This document shows positions 38,040-47,506 of a stretch of DNA of 64,000 nucleotides, piece by piece (positions within the stretch are counted from its first letter, which is position 1; every line of letters begins with the position of its first letter). The translations under genes and the position numbers were made by a program. Source of the DNA: Minisyncoccia bacterium (lineage in GTDB: Bacteria; Patescibacteriota; Minisyncoccia; Phycocordibacterales; CALRBL01); the NCBI GenBank assembly GCA_038230075.1, contig JBBRNV010000001.1:114667-178666 (forward strand). Reading direction: 5' to 3'. The notes below the pieces were generated by a model. The model worked only from the letters and a program-made list of their open reading frames with translations, did not search any database and was not told the origin of the DNA.

Positions 38040-38927
38040 ATGAACATTTCAACCATCACACACAACCTGTTTCCTCCCCTTTTACAAGAAATATATGATC
38101 CTCCGGAAGATTTATCGATCCGTGGGGTCGATTTCTGGAATTCACCCAAATATGAAAACACCACATTTCTTACCGTTGTTGGCACTCGTCACGCAACAAC
38201 ATATGGAAAAGAAGTTGTAAATAAACTAGTGAGCGATTTGCAAGGTCTCGATATTTGCCTCGTTTCAGGATTAGCCTATGGCATTGATACAGAAGTTCAT
38301 AAAGCTGCTTTAGAATATAATCTCAAAACAATTGCAGTGCTAGGTTCTGGTCTACATGATTCAGTGTTGTATCCAAAAGTGAATGTGAGGTTGGCACATG
38401 CAATTATTGAGTCGGGTGGCGCACTAATTTCTGAAAGTGACACCTACTTTCAGGCACAAACGTGGTCTTTTCCAAAACGAAACAGAATTATGGCAGGAAT
38501 GTCAGAAGCCACCCTGGTTATTGAAGCATCACTTGAAAGTGGAACGTTGGTCACTGCACATTTAGCACTCGATTATAATAGAGAGGTCTTAGCCGTTCCC
38601 GGATCAATCTTTTCATCACAAAGTAAAGGTGTTCATTATTTACTCAAAGAAGGAGCAACATGTATTGAACATTCAAAAGATCTTCTGTATGCACTTGGCT
38701 TTAGTGAAGAAGAATCTACGGAGCAAAAACTTGAAACCAGCGTCGCCAACCTATCTCGTGAAGAGCAATTAATGCTTGAAGAAATAAACGACGGAATTTC
38801 AAAAGAAGCCTTGATTCAAAAACTTTCCACAACTCAAAGTATTTCACAAGTTGTGGTTTGTATTTCAAAATTAGAGATAGAAAATATCATTAAGGAAGAA
38901 GGAGGATATATACGAAAAGTACACTAA
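38040..38927 (+). CDS. dprA: DNA-processing protein DprA
   Basis: VVGTR, VSGLAYGID, FPKRNRIMAG, SGTLVTA, AVPG. Confidence 0.95.
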   Translation: MNISTITHNLFPPLLQEIYDPPEDLSIRGVDFWNSPKYENTTFLTVVGTRHATTYGKEVVNKLVSDLQGLDICLVSGLAYGIDTEVHKAALEYNLKTIAVLGSGLHDSVLYPKVNVRLAHAIIESGGALISESDTYFQAQTWSFPKRNRIMAGMSEATLVIEASLESGTLVTAHLALDYNREVLAVPGSIFSSQSKGVHYLLKEGATCIEHSKDLLYALGFSEEESTEQKLETSVANLSREEQLMLEEINDGISKEALIQKLSTTQSISQVVVCISKLEIENIIKEEGGYIRKVH

Positions 38928-39011
38928 TTATTTTTTATGTTTTTATTGCGTTGTTTGTAAAAAGAAAGGAAATCGTGTAATACTGCAAAGAACAAGCAAT
39001 AAAAACAACTC

Positions 39012-41333
39012 ATGGCAAAAAAATCTTCAGCAGAAAAAACAAATAAAATGAAACTCCTTATTGTAGAGTCTCCGGCCAAAGCAAAAACAATTGCTGGCTA
39101 TTTAAATGAGATGAAAGAACCAGGAGTCACCTACAAAGTAGTAGCCTCTGTTGGTCATGTTCGCGATCTTCCAAAGAACAATAAAAAAGCTATCGACATT
39201 GAACATGGCTTTACTCCCCATTACGAAATTTCTGCCGGAAAAGAGAAGGTTATTGCTGAAATTAAGCATTTAGCAAAAGAGGCTGACGAAGTCATTCTTG
39301 CGACTGACCCCGACCGAGAAGGAGAAGCTATTGCGTGGCACATTAAAGAAGCAGTTGGTCTTAAAAATCCTAAACGCGTTGTTTTTCACGAAATTACAAA
39401 AGACGCGGTACAAGAAGCAATCAAACACCCACGAGATATTGATGACAACTTAAAACAGGCGCAAGAAGCACGACGAGTACTCGATCGACTTGTAGGCTAC
39501 GATCTCTCTGGTCTTATTTGGAAAAAAGTTCGATACGGACTATCTGCAGGACGAGTACAATCTCCTGCCTTACGAATTCTCATGGAACGAGAACGTGAAA
39601 TTCGAGCATTCATTCCTGAAACATATTTTGCAATTACCGCAAACACTCATCTTGGAAAAAATTCTAAAGAAGTAACAGTTTTTAATTGTGCTGAAGAACC
39701 TCGTGACAAAAAAGAGGCTGAACGAATTGTTGAACTTGGAAATAATGCCGCAAAAAAGAATGAATGGACAATTACCGATGTCGCCGAAAGTGAAGTTAAA
39801 AGATCTCCAAAAGCTCCCTTCATTACTTCAACACTTCAACAAGCAGCTAGTTCACGATTGGGTTTTAGTCCTTCGCGAACCATGGGCTTAGCTCAACGAC
39901 TATATGAATCGGGATACATCACGTATATGCGAACAGACAGCCCAAACTTAAGTAAAGTTGCTATTGGTCAAACAGCCACATATATAGAGAAGGAATATGG
40001 AAAAAATTATCTCCAGATTCGCGCATATGCATCAAAGAGTAAAAATGCGCAAGAAGCACACGAAGCTATTCGACCAACAAACATGAGTGCACTTAGTCTT
40101 GGAGCTGATGAATCACAAAAAAAGCTCTATGAACTCATTTGGGCTCGAACTGTGGCATCTCAGATGAAAGATGCGCTTCTTTCTCGAACAAAAATCACCG
40201 CAAACATTTCTGACTCATTTCTAAAATCACAAAAAGAAAAAGAAATTCCTGACTTTTCAGTTACTGGTTCTCGAATTATGTTCGACGGATGGTTAAAAGC
40301 CGACCCAGGAGCGCGAGGTGAAGATGTTATTCTTCCTCAGGTCAAAAAAAATGAGTCACTCGATGTAACTGAGGTTATTTCTGAACAGAAACAAACTGAA
40401 CCTCCTTCTCGATATTCAGAAGCTGGTCTCATTAAAGAATTAGAAAAACGAGGCATTGGTCGCCCATCAACCTATGCTGCTATTATTAAAACTATTGAAG
40501 AACGAGGGTATGTTGAGAAAATCAACAAATCACTCAAGCCAACAGACACAGGAGATGTGGTAAGTAGTTTCCTTGAATCAAACTTCACCGATTACATCAG
40601 TGACTCATTCACTGCCGAAATGGAAGACAAACTCGACAATATTGCAGACGGAAAAGCAGAATACATTAAAACTCTTTCAGATTTCTATGGTCCATTTTTG
40701 AAAGATGTTAAAGCAAAAGACAAAATAGAAAAACTAACAAACTTGGGTGACGCTGATCCAAAGTTCACTTGTCCAAAATGTGGATCAGCTATGGTTATCA
40801 AACTTAGTCGTGGAGGAAAGTTTGTTTCTTGTTCACGATTTCCCGAATGTGATGGAGCACTTACTATTGATGGTCAACAAATTAAACGAGATGAGCCTCT
40901 TGGAAAAGATCCAGAAACTGGAATGGATATTTTTGTAAAAATCGGACGATTTGGCCCTTATGTACAATTAGGTGATGGAACTCAATTAGAAGAAGTGGAG
41001 AAGGTTTCGAAAAAAGGAAAGGTGACAAAAAAGAAAGTGAAAGCTAAACCAAAGATGGCTAGTATTCCAAAAACAGTAAAACCTGAAGAAGTTACGATTG
41101 AACAAGCTCTTACTTACCTCACCCTTCCTCGAGATTTAGGAAAGCATCCAGTTACCGGAAAAAAGATAGTTGCGAATGTTGGAAGATTTGGTCCGTACAT
41201 TATGCATGATGGAGATTTTCGATCATTGAAGACAGATAACGTATACACAATTACTACTGAACGAGCATTGGCGATTTTAGCTGAAGAAAAAAAGGTGCGA
41301 CGTGGTGGGTTTAAGAAAAAAGAAAACAGCTAA
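39012..41333 (+). CDS. topA: DNA topoisomerase I
   Basis: IVESPAKAKTI, ATDPDREGEAI, SAGRVQS, ITYMRTD, one Zn ribbon plus GRFGPY C-terminal repeats. Confidence 0.97.
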   Translation: MAKKSSAEKTNKMKLLIVESPAKAKTIAGYLNEMKEPGVTYKVVASVGHVRDLPKNNKKAIDIEHGFTPHYEISAGKEKVIAEIKHLAKEADEVILATDPDREGEAIAWHIKEAVGLKNPKRVVFHEITKDAVQEAIKHPRDIDDNLKQAQEARRVLDRLVGYDLSGLIWKKVRYGLSAGRVQSPALRILMEREREIRAFIPETYFAITANTHLGKNSKEVTVFNCAEEPRDKKEAERIVELGNNAAKKNEWTITDVAESEVKRSPKAPFITSTLQQAASSRLGFSPSRTMGLAQRLYESGYITYMRTDSPNLSKVAIGQTATYIEKEYGKNYLQIRAYASKSKNAQEAHEAIRPTNMSALSLGADESQKKLYELIWARTVASQMKDALLSRTKITANISDSFLKSQKEKEIPDFSVTGSRIMFDGWLKADPGARGEDVILPQVKKNESLDVTEVISEQKQTEPPSRYSEAGLIKELEKRGIGRPSTYAAIIKTIEERGYVEKINKSLKPTDTGDVVSSFLESNFTDYISDSFTAEMEDKLDNIADGKAEYIKTLSDFYGPFLKDVKAKDKIEKLTNLGDADPKFTCPKCGSAMVIKLSRGGKFVSCSRFPECDGALTIDGQQIKRDEPLGKDPETGMDIFVKIGRFGPYVQLGDGTQLEEVEKVSKKGKVTKKKVKAKPKMASIPKTVKPEEVTIEQALTYLTLPRDLGKHPVTGKKIVANVGRFGPYIMHDGDFRSLKTDNVYTITTERALAILAEEKKVRRGGFKKKENS

Positions 41334-42409
41334 AGAGAAAAATTCCTCACTGAATAAATATCAGGATCCTCTTCTTTCTCTTTAGGAACTTCAGGTATTG
41401 GTTCTGCAATATCTTTGTCGGTAAGTGGAACTTCCTCAGAAATGTATTGCTCTGAACTTTGTGCTTCAACTTGTGGTGAATTGGCGTTAGCCTCAGCAGA
41501 ACTTGCGATACTTGCCTGCACAGTTTTCATAATATGTTCAACATGTTTATCTAACATATTTTCTGGTGCCTTGATTTTATTAGTGTGAATCAAACTCAGA
41601 ATAGTTCGAAGATCTTCTGCAGAAAAGAAGTCGATAGTTACTTTTCCTCCACTTCCTTCTTGTTTGGTTTCAATTTGTACACGAGTACCTAAACTTTCGG
41701 TGAGTTTTTCTTCAAGTTCGATAATTTCAGGATCAAGCACTCTCTCTTTCTTTCGAGCGCGATCTGTTGCGATCTTTCGAGCAATCAGTTCTGCTTCTCG
41801 AACATTTAATTTTTTATATAAAATTTCTTTAAACAAAGTGTCTTGTTCAAGTGGTCGGTCAGTTAACATCAGAAGTGGTCGAGTGTGTCCTTCGCTAATT
41901 TTTTGTTCTGAAAGTGCTTGGAGCATGTGTTCAGGTAAAAGCAAAATTCGAAGTGTGTTTGAAACGTACTCTCGACTCTTTCCAACCTTATCTGCAACTT
42001 CGACATGTTTGAATCCAAATTCTTTCACCAATTGTTGAAATGATTTAGCTCGATCAACAGGATTCAGATCTTCTCGTTGAATATTTTCAATAATAGCGAG
42101 CTCAAGCTTCATTAAGTTATTCTCTTCTCCTGATCTTATAAGAACAGGTACTTGTGCAAGACCTGCGAGCTTTGATGCACGAAGTCGTCTCTCTCCTGCG
42201 ATAAGTTCATACTCAACAGCGATGCCTCCATCTTCTTTTTGAATTTCTTTTCGAGTCACCACAAGAGCCTGAAGAACTCCGTATTGTCTAATCGAATCCG
42301 CGAGGCTTTGTAATGCGACTGGATCGAATTCCCGTCGTGGTTGATAGGGGTTGGGTTTGATCTTGTCGACCTCAACCCAGAAAATTGCATCGTTATAAAA
42401 CTGTGACAT
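41330..42409 (-). CDS. parB: ParB/Spo0J partition protein
   Basis: PNPYQPR, GERRLRA, ENIQREDL, HTH (GKSR.YVSN.LR). Confidence 0.92.
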   Translation of the reverse strand: MSQFYNDAIFWVEVDKIKPNPYQPRREFDPVALQSLADSIRQYGVLQALVVTRKEIQKEDGGIAVEYELIAGERRLRASKLAGLAQVPVLIRSGEENNLMKLELAIIENIQREDLNPVDRAKSFQQLVKEFGFKHVEVADKVGKSREYVSNTLRILLLPEHMLQALSEQKISEGHTRPLLMLTDRPLEQDTLFKEILYKKLNVREAELIARKIATDRARKKERVLDPEIIELEEKLTESLGTRVQIETKQEGSGGKVTIDFFSAEDLRTILSLIHTNKIKAPENMLDKHVEHIMKTVQASIASSAEANANSPQVEAQSSEQYISEEVPLTDKDIAEPIPEVPKEKEEDPDIYSVRNFSL

Positions 42410-42547
42410 GGAGTGAGTATATCATGATGAATACTTCCGCAACATTTTACTTTTAACCAATTTAGTTTTAGAATCGAGTCCGATAGTCTTTTATCTCATT
42501 TCACAAAAAGTCAGTCAAAAGACCTTCAAAATAGAATAGGAAAACAT

Positions 42548-42629
42548 GCCAGAGTGACGAAATTGGTATACGTACTCGACTCAAAATCGAGCGTCGAAAG
42601 ACATGAGGGTTCGACTCCCTCCTCTGGCA
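42548..42629 (+). tRNA. tRNA-Leu(CAA)
   Basis: acceptor GCCAGAG/CTCTGGC, anticodon arm CTCGA-CTCAAAA-TCGAG, long variable arm. Confidence 0.95.
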
Positions 42630-42652
42630 CATGTGTTGGGAATCTGCTGTTT

Positions 42653-43720
42653 CTACAGATAGAAAATTTCAGGTTCAATTTCAAGATCTAATCCAAATTC
42701 TTTTTTTACCCTGTCTTTTATATAGTCTGATAAAGTGAACAACTCATCAGTTTGAGCATTACCATTTGAAGTAAGAACAAGTGCGTTTTTTTCATATACA
42801 CCAACATTCCCTCTTTGATATCCCTTAAGTCCAACCTGTTCAATCAACCAACCTGTTGGAATTTTTACTGTCTTTTCGTCTATATAAAATAAAGGAATAT
42901 TTGGATATGCATTTTTTAATACTTCGGCAACGTTTATTTCAACCAAACAATTCTTAAAGAATGATCCAACATTTGGAATCACTTGTGGTTTTGGAAGCTT
43001 CGACCAACGAATATCAGTAATGACATTTCGAATCTTTTGCTGAAGCGACATCGCAGACAAGTTGCCTGACCTTTCTTGCTCAATAAGACTTAATTCAAAC
43101 TTTTGAATTGCTTCTTGGACACCTGTATACGTTGGCATAATAGGTTGTCTTTTAGTCAGCTTATATCGAACTGAAGTAATTAACACTCTTCCTTTTTCGA
43201 ATCTTTTAAAAACACTATCTCGATATGAAAACTGACACTCTTCATTTGTCATCATTATTACTTTTCCTGTCACCATGTCAAAAATTTCTACCTCATGGAT
43301 AACTTCTGAAACCTCTTTTCCATACGCTCCAATATTTTGTATAGGACTTGCGCCAACAGTTCCTGGAATTGCAGACAACGCTTCGACTCCTGACAAATTG
43401 TGGATAACGGCGTACTCAACAAAGTCGTCCCACACTTCACCTGACGCAACTTCAATAATTGCAAAGTCTTCATTTTCTTCGATAATATGTATTCCTTTGT
43501 TTTCTATTTTGAGTGTGCATATTTCTGGGAGCACATCTTTAACGACAACGTTTGATCCTCCCCCCAGTATAAAAAGTGGAACATTCAATTCTTTTAATTT
43601 TTCCTTAAGTTCTGGAAGATCTTGTGTGTTTTGTAATCGAGAGAAGTAGAGCGAGTTCCCTCCAAGTTTTAAGGTCGTGAAATCGCGAAGGAGAACGTTT
43701 TTTTCAAGAAATAAGGCCAT
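42653..43720 (-). CDS. murB: UDP-N-acetylmuramate dehydrogenase
   Basis: LGGGSN, IPGTVGASPIQNIGAYG, FSYRDS.FK, GSFFKN, L..EP. Confidence 0.96.
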   Translation of the reverse strand: MALFLEKNVLLRDFTTLKLGGNSLYFSRLQNTQDLPELKEKLKELNVPLFILGGGSNVVVKDVLPEICTLKIENKGIHIIEENEDFAIIEVASGEVWDDFVEYAVIHNLSGVEALSAIPGTVGASPIQNIGAYGKEVSEVIHEVEIFDMVTGKVIMMTNEECQFSYRDSVFKRFEKGRVLITSVRYKLTKRQPIMPTYTGVQEAIQKFELSLIEQERSGNLSAMSLQQKIRNVITDIRWSKLPKPQVIPNVGSFFKNCLVEINVAEVLKNAYPNIPLFYIDEKTVKIPTGWLIEQVGLKGYQRGNVGVYEKNALVLTSNGNAQTDELFTLSDYIKDRVKKEFGLDLEIEPEIFYL

Positions 43721-43726
43721 GCATTG

Positions 43727-43759
43727 AATATATCATACATGATATATTTGTGATATATT
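43727..43759. promoter_or_regulatory. palindrome and divergent extended -10 elements between murB and HTH-murA
   Basis: AATATATCAT-AC-ATGATATATT plus a third TGATATATT at 43751. Confidence 0.65.
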
Positions 43760-43766
43760 ACTTTTT

Positions 43767-45302
43767 ATGAAAACAACGAGCACAGCGAAAGAAAGCCCCG
43801 TAAAGAAGATTGGTTTTTTTATAAAAACACTACGAGAGGATAAAGGAATTACACAGGCAGATTTTGCGAAGGCACTTTCAACTTCACAGAGTGCTGTTGC
43901 TCGAATGGAAAAAGGCGAACAAAACTTTAGTACCGAGCAACTCTCAAAAATAAGTAAGGTGCTTGGACGAAGTTTAATGCGACTTGAAAACTCAACAGAT
44001 GATTTTGAAATTAATGGTGGAAAAAAACTATCAGGAACGATTCAAACTAACTATTCAAAAAACGGCGCGCTCGGGCTTTTTTGCGCCGCACTATTAAACA
44101 AAGGAATCACTACTCTTCATGGAATTCCTCGAATTGAAGAAATTGCTCGTATTGTTGAAATCTTTGAAAGTATCGGTGTAGAAGTTAAGTGGATGGGAAA
44201 AAACACAGTGTGCATAACTCCTCCAAAAGTTTTCTGTCTTGAAAACATGAATCATGGTGCAGCCGCTCGTATTCGATCTGTTCTTATGATGATTGGATCG
44301 CTCACTCACCACATTCCTTCATTTTCAATCCCTCATGCTGGTGGATGCAAAATGGGACAACGAACAATTGCTGCCCATCGATATGCACTTGAAGCACTTG
44401 GCATTAATATTTCAACCAAATCAGACAGATACACTATTAATCGAAAGAAATTTAAACCTGCAGATGTGGTTATGTACGAAGCAAGTGACACCGCAACAGA
44501 GAACGCCATTATTGCAGCTGCACTTATTCCTGGAAAAACCACTCTTCGTTTTACTCCTCCAAATTATCAGGTGCAAGAAGTATGTTTCTTTTTAGAAAAA
44601 TGTGGGGTGAAGATTGAAGGAGTTGGATCAACTACTCTAACAATTCATGGCATCAAAGAAATTGACATGACAATTGAGTACACCAACAGTGAAGATCCTG
44701 TTGAATCAATGATGTTTTTGTCTGCTGGAATTGTGACTGAATCAACACTAACGGTTACTCGATGCCCCATCGAATTTCTTGCTGTTGAACTTTTAAAATT
44801 AGAAAAGATGGGTTTGAAATATACCTCAACAAAAGAATATTTCGCAGAGAATGGAAGAACAAAATTGGTAGACATCACTATTCATCCATCAAAACTGAAA
44901 GCGCCGTTAGACAAAATTCATGCTCTGCCATATCCTGGAATTAATACTGACAACCTTCCCTTTTTTGTTCCTATCGCAACCTTGGCTGTTGGAACAACAC
45001 TTATTCACGACTGGATGTGGGAAAATCGCGCAATCTATTTCACTGAACTTAACCGCCTCGGTGCAAATGTGGTTTTAGCAGACCCTCACCGAGTATTTGT
45101 CCAAGGTCCAACCAAACTTCGAGGATCTCAAATCGTATGCCCTCCAGCGCTTCGTCCTGCCATGATTATCTTAATCGCCATGCTTGCAGCTGAAGGAACC
45201 TCGATTTTGCGAAACGTATATGCTATAAATCGCGGATATGAAGATATTGCAGAACGCCTCAACTCGATTGGAGCAGACATCAGCATCATCAGCGACTTCT
45301 AA
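43767..45302 (+). CDS. murA: XRE-type HTH fused to UDP-GlcNAc 1-carboxyvinyltransferase
   Basis: N-terminal LREDKGITQ.DFA..L.TSQSAVARMEKG; SKN, GGC.MG.R, PYPGINTD, RGYE. Confidence 0.92.
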   Translation: MKTTSTAKESPVKKIGFFIKTLREDKGITQADFAKALSTSQSAVARMEKGEQNFSTEQLSKISKVLGRSLMRLENSTDDFEINGGKKLSGTIQTNYSKNGALGLFCAALLNKGITTLHGIPRIEEIARIVEIFESIGVEVKWMGKNTVCITPPKVFCLENMNHGAAARIRSVLMMIGSLTHHIPSFSIPHAGGCKMGQRTIAAHRYALEALGINISTKSDRYTINRKKFKPADVVMYEASDTATENAIIAAALIPGKTTLRFTPPNYQVQEVCFFLEKCGVKIEGVGSTTLTIHGIKEIDMTIEYTNSEDPVESMMFLSAGIVTESTLTVTRCPIEFLAVELLKLEKMGLKYTSTKEYFAENGRTKLVDITIHPSKLKAPLDKIHALPYPGINTDNLPFFVPIATLAVGTTLIHDWMWENRAIYFTELNRLGANVVLADPHRVFVQGPTKLRGSQIVCPPALRPAMIILIAMLAAEGTSILRNVYAINRGYEDIAERLNSIGADISIISDF

Positions 45303-45312
45303 ATCTGACTCG

Positions 45313-46218
45313 ATGCAAAACAATACGAAGTTGCCTAAAGTTGTTGCTGTTATCGGACCAACAGCAACGGGAAAGACATCTATCTCAATTCGATTAGCAA
45401 AACTCTTTAATGGAGAGATTGTGTCTGCTGATTCGAGACAAGTATATAAAGGAATGAATCTTGGCACCGGAAAGGTCCTAAAAAAAGAAATGGAAGGAAT
45501 CAAACATCATCTTTTAGATGTTGCATCACCCACTAAGCAATACACCGTCGCAAAATATAAAAACGATTCAGAGAAAGCAGTTCTTCAAGTGTTCAAGAAT
45601 AATCACCTCCCCATTATTTGTGGTGGTACAGGATTTTATGTTGATGCACTTCTTGAAGGAATAATTCTTCCAGAAGTAAAAGTGAATCTTGCTTTTAGAA
45701 AAAAATTAGAGAAGTTAAGTGTAGAGGAACTATTTGCAAAGCTTATCAAATCAGATCCTGAGCGAGCAAAATCTATCGACCACCACAATAAAGTTCGCAT
45801 TATTCGCGCGCTTGAAATTGTTCAAGCTGTAGGAAAAGTTCCAAAAGTAAAAACTGAGAAAAAGTATGATGTCCTCTATGTAGGAATTGATCTTCCTGAT
45901 GAAGTACTCAAAGAAAAAATTTACACTCGCCTTAACGACAGAATGAAGAAGGGAATGCTTCGTGAAGTTGTACGCTTACATGCTAATGGTATGAGTTGGA
46001 AACGAATGTCTGAGATGGGCCTTGAATATAGATACCTTGCACTTCTTGCTCAGAAGAAAATAACAAAAGAAGAATGTTTAAAACAATTAGAGGTCGAAAT
46101 TTGGCACTACGCAAAGCGACAACGGACATGGTTCAAGCGAAATCAGAACATCGAATGGTTTAAGCACACAGACCTCAACAAAATATCAAGAAAAGTTAAA
46201 ACTTTCCTAAAAGAATAG
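45313..46218 (+). CDS. miaA: tRNA dimethylallyltransferase
   Basis: GPTATGKT, SADSRQVY, HHLLD, GGTGFY, YAKRQ.TWF. Confidence 0.96.
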   Translation: MQNNTKLPKVVAVIGPTATGKTSISIRLAKLFNGEIVSADSRQVYKGMNLGTGKVLKKEMEGIKHHLLDVASPTKQYTVAKYKNDSEKAVLQVFKNNHLPIICGGTGFYVDALLEGIILPEVKVNLAFRKKLEKLSVEELFAKLIKSDPERAKSIDHHNKVRIIRALEIVQAVGKVPKVKTEKKYDVLYVGIDLPDEVLKEKIYTRLNDRMKKGMLREVVRLHANGMSWKRMSEMGLEYRYLALLAQKKITKEECLKQLEVEIWHYAKRQRTWFKRNQNIEWFKHTDLNKISRKVKTFLKE

Positions 46219-46897
46219 CTTTTCGTCTTTTTTCCTCAACTCGTTCGATTGCGTATCGAAGAGTGGTTCGAGCAAGGTTTGAATAATGTTTTTTAAGAAA
46301 TACAAGCATTCTCTTTTCGTCTTTCTTCCCCGCTTCTCGTAACACCCATCCAACTGCTTTATGCATCAAATCATGTTTTTCTTTAAGAAGAGCTTCCGCA
46401 ACTTTATATGGTAGATCAAGACTCTTCATTTTCACAAAATGAAGCATTGAAACAATTGAGATTCTGCGCTCCCACATATTCTTTGATTTTGAAAGTTTCC
46501 AAATCATCTTTTCATCTTTTAAGTTATTAAAAACGTAATGACCTAGAATATAAGAGGCTGACGAATCAACTAAATCCCAATTGTTGATACCTGCAGTATT
46601 TGCCAAATAAAATGTAACAATGTGCTTCTGCATCTTTGGATCAGCTTTTGTATATCGCATTTCAAGAATCTCAAGAGAGCATGAACGTTCTTCATGAATT
46701 TTACTTTTAAGAAGCTCTGCGATTTCCTCAAGTGGTAAGTCTTTGTACTCTTTTGCAACAGAACTAACACCAGCACTGTTGATTCCTATGAAAATATCAC
46801 CTTCTCCATATTCTCCTTTTCCCGTCTTAAAGTACTTAGCAACAGCTAGTGCCTTTTCTTTATTTGCTAGTTTTTTGAGAGTTGAAGAAACTGACAT
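46196..46897 (-). CDS. AlkD-like DNA alkylation repair protein
   Basis: YFKTGKGEYGEGD.F.G, NNWDLVD, WERR, KAVGW.LRE. Confidence 0.9.
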   Translation of the reverse strand: MSVSSTLKKLANKEKALAVAKYFKTGKGEYGEGDIFIGINSAGVSSVAKEYKDLPLEEIAELLKSKIHEERSCSLEILEMRYTKADPKMQKHIVTFYLANTAGINNWDLVDSSASYILGHYVFNNLKDEKMIWKLSKSKNMWERRISIVSMLHFVKMKSLDLPYKVAEALLKEKHDLMHKAVGWVLREAGKKDEKRMLVFLKKHYSNLARTTLRYAIERVEEKRRKAILLGKF

Positions 46898-46901
46898 ATT
46901 G

Positions 46902-46973
46902 CGGGCCCAGTAGGACTCGAACCTACAACTACAGTTTTGGAGACCGTTGTTTTACCATTGAAACTATGGACCC
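46902..46973 (-). tRNA. tRNA-Trp(CCA)
   Basis: acceptor GGGTCCA/TGGGCCC, anticodon arm ACGGT-CTCCAAA-ACTGT. Confidence 0.94.
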
Positions 46974-47075
46974 GTATCTTACTCAAATAAAGACTTTCGA
47001 ATTCGAGTGATGCCTCACAATAACAAAAAATCCCCTCTTTTGAAAGGGATCTCCGCTCTGGCTTTTTTCTGCTAA

Positions 47076-47231
47076 TTATTTCTTAGCTTCTTTGAATTTA
47101 ACGTGTTTTCGAAGTTTTTTACTATACTTACTAAGCTCAATTTTTCGTTGAACTTTTCTTCGGTTTTTACGAGTGTTGATCACTTCGCCCGTTTCCTTAT
47201 TTCGAAGCATGATGAGGTTATCTTGTGACAT
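47076..47231 (-). CDS. rpmG: 50S ribosomal protein L33, Cys-free form (not in the supplied ORF track)
   Basis: hand translation: MSQDNLIMLRNKETGEVINTRKNRRKVQRKIELSKYSKKLRKHVKFKEAKK; lies between tRNA-Tyr and tRNA-Trp. Confidence 0.9.
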   Translation of the reverse strand: MSQDNLIMLRNKETGEVINTRKNRRKVQRKIELSKYSKKLRKHVKFKEAKK

Positions 47232-47324
47232 GGGGGTTACTATAGCCTACTTCTTTCGAAAAATCAAACATCAATTTTTGGGTAATGAGGCCTGGTTTTC
47301 GCCTTCAAATCAGATCATTCATTG

Positions 47325-47408
47325 TGCGCAGGGAAGGATTCGAACCTTCGTAGGCCATAGGCCGACAGATTTACAGTCTGTTGTAATTGACCGCTCTACC
47401 ACCTGCGC
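47325..47408 (-). tRNA. tRNA-Tyr(GTA)
   Basis: acceptor GCGCAGG/CCTGCGC, anticodon arm ACAGA-CTGTAAA-TCTGT, long variable arm. Confidence 0.95.
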
Positions 47409-47448
47409 GTAGCCTCCACGGTATCATAAAATATGAAGGCTGGAAAGC

Positions 47449-47479
47449 ACAAAATCACTAGTGTTGCTAGTGATTTTGT
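47449..47479. terminator. intrinsic terminator after clpB
   Basis: ACAAAATCACTAG-TGTTG-CTAGTGATTTTGT. Confidence 0.7.
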
Positions 47480-47506
47480 TGCCAAATATTAAGTTTATTG
47501 ATCGAC

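Noticed and set aside
45238-45312. Long miaA N-terminus overlapping murA
   Set aside because: ATG 45313 follows the murA stop and sits just before the P-loop; the extension is an ORF-calling artefact
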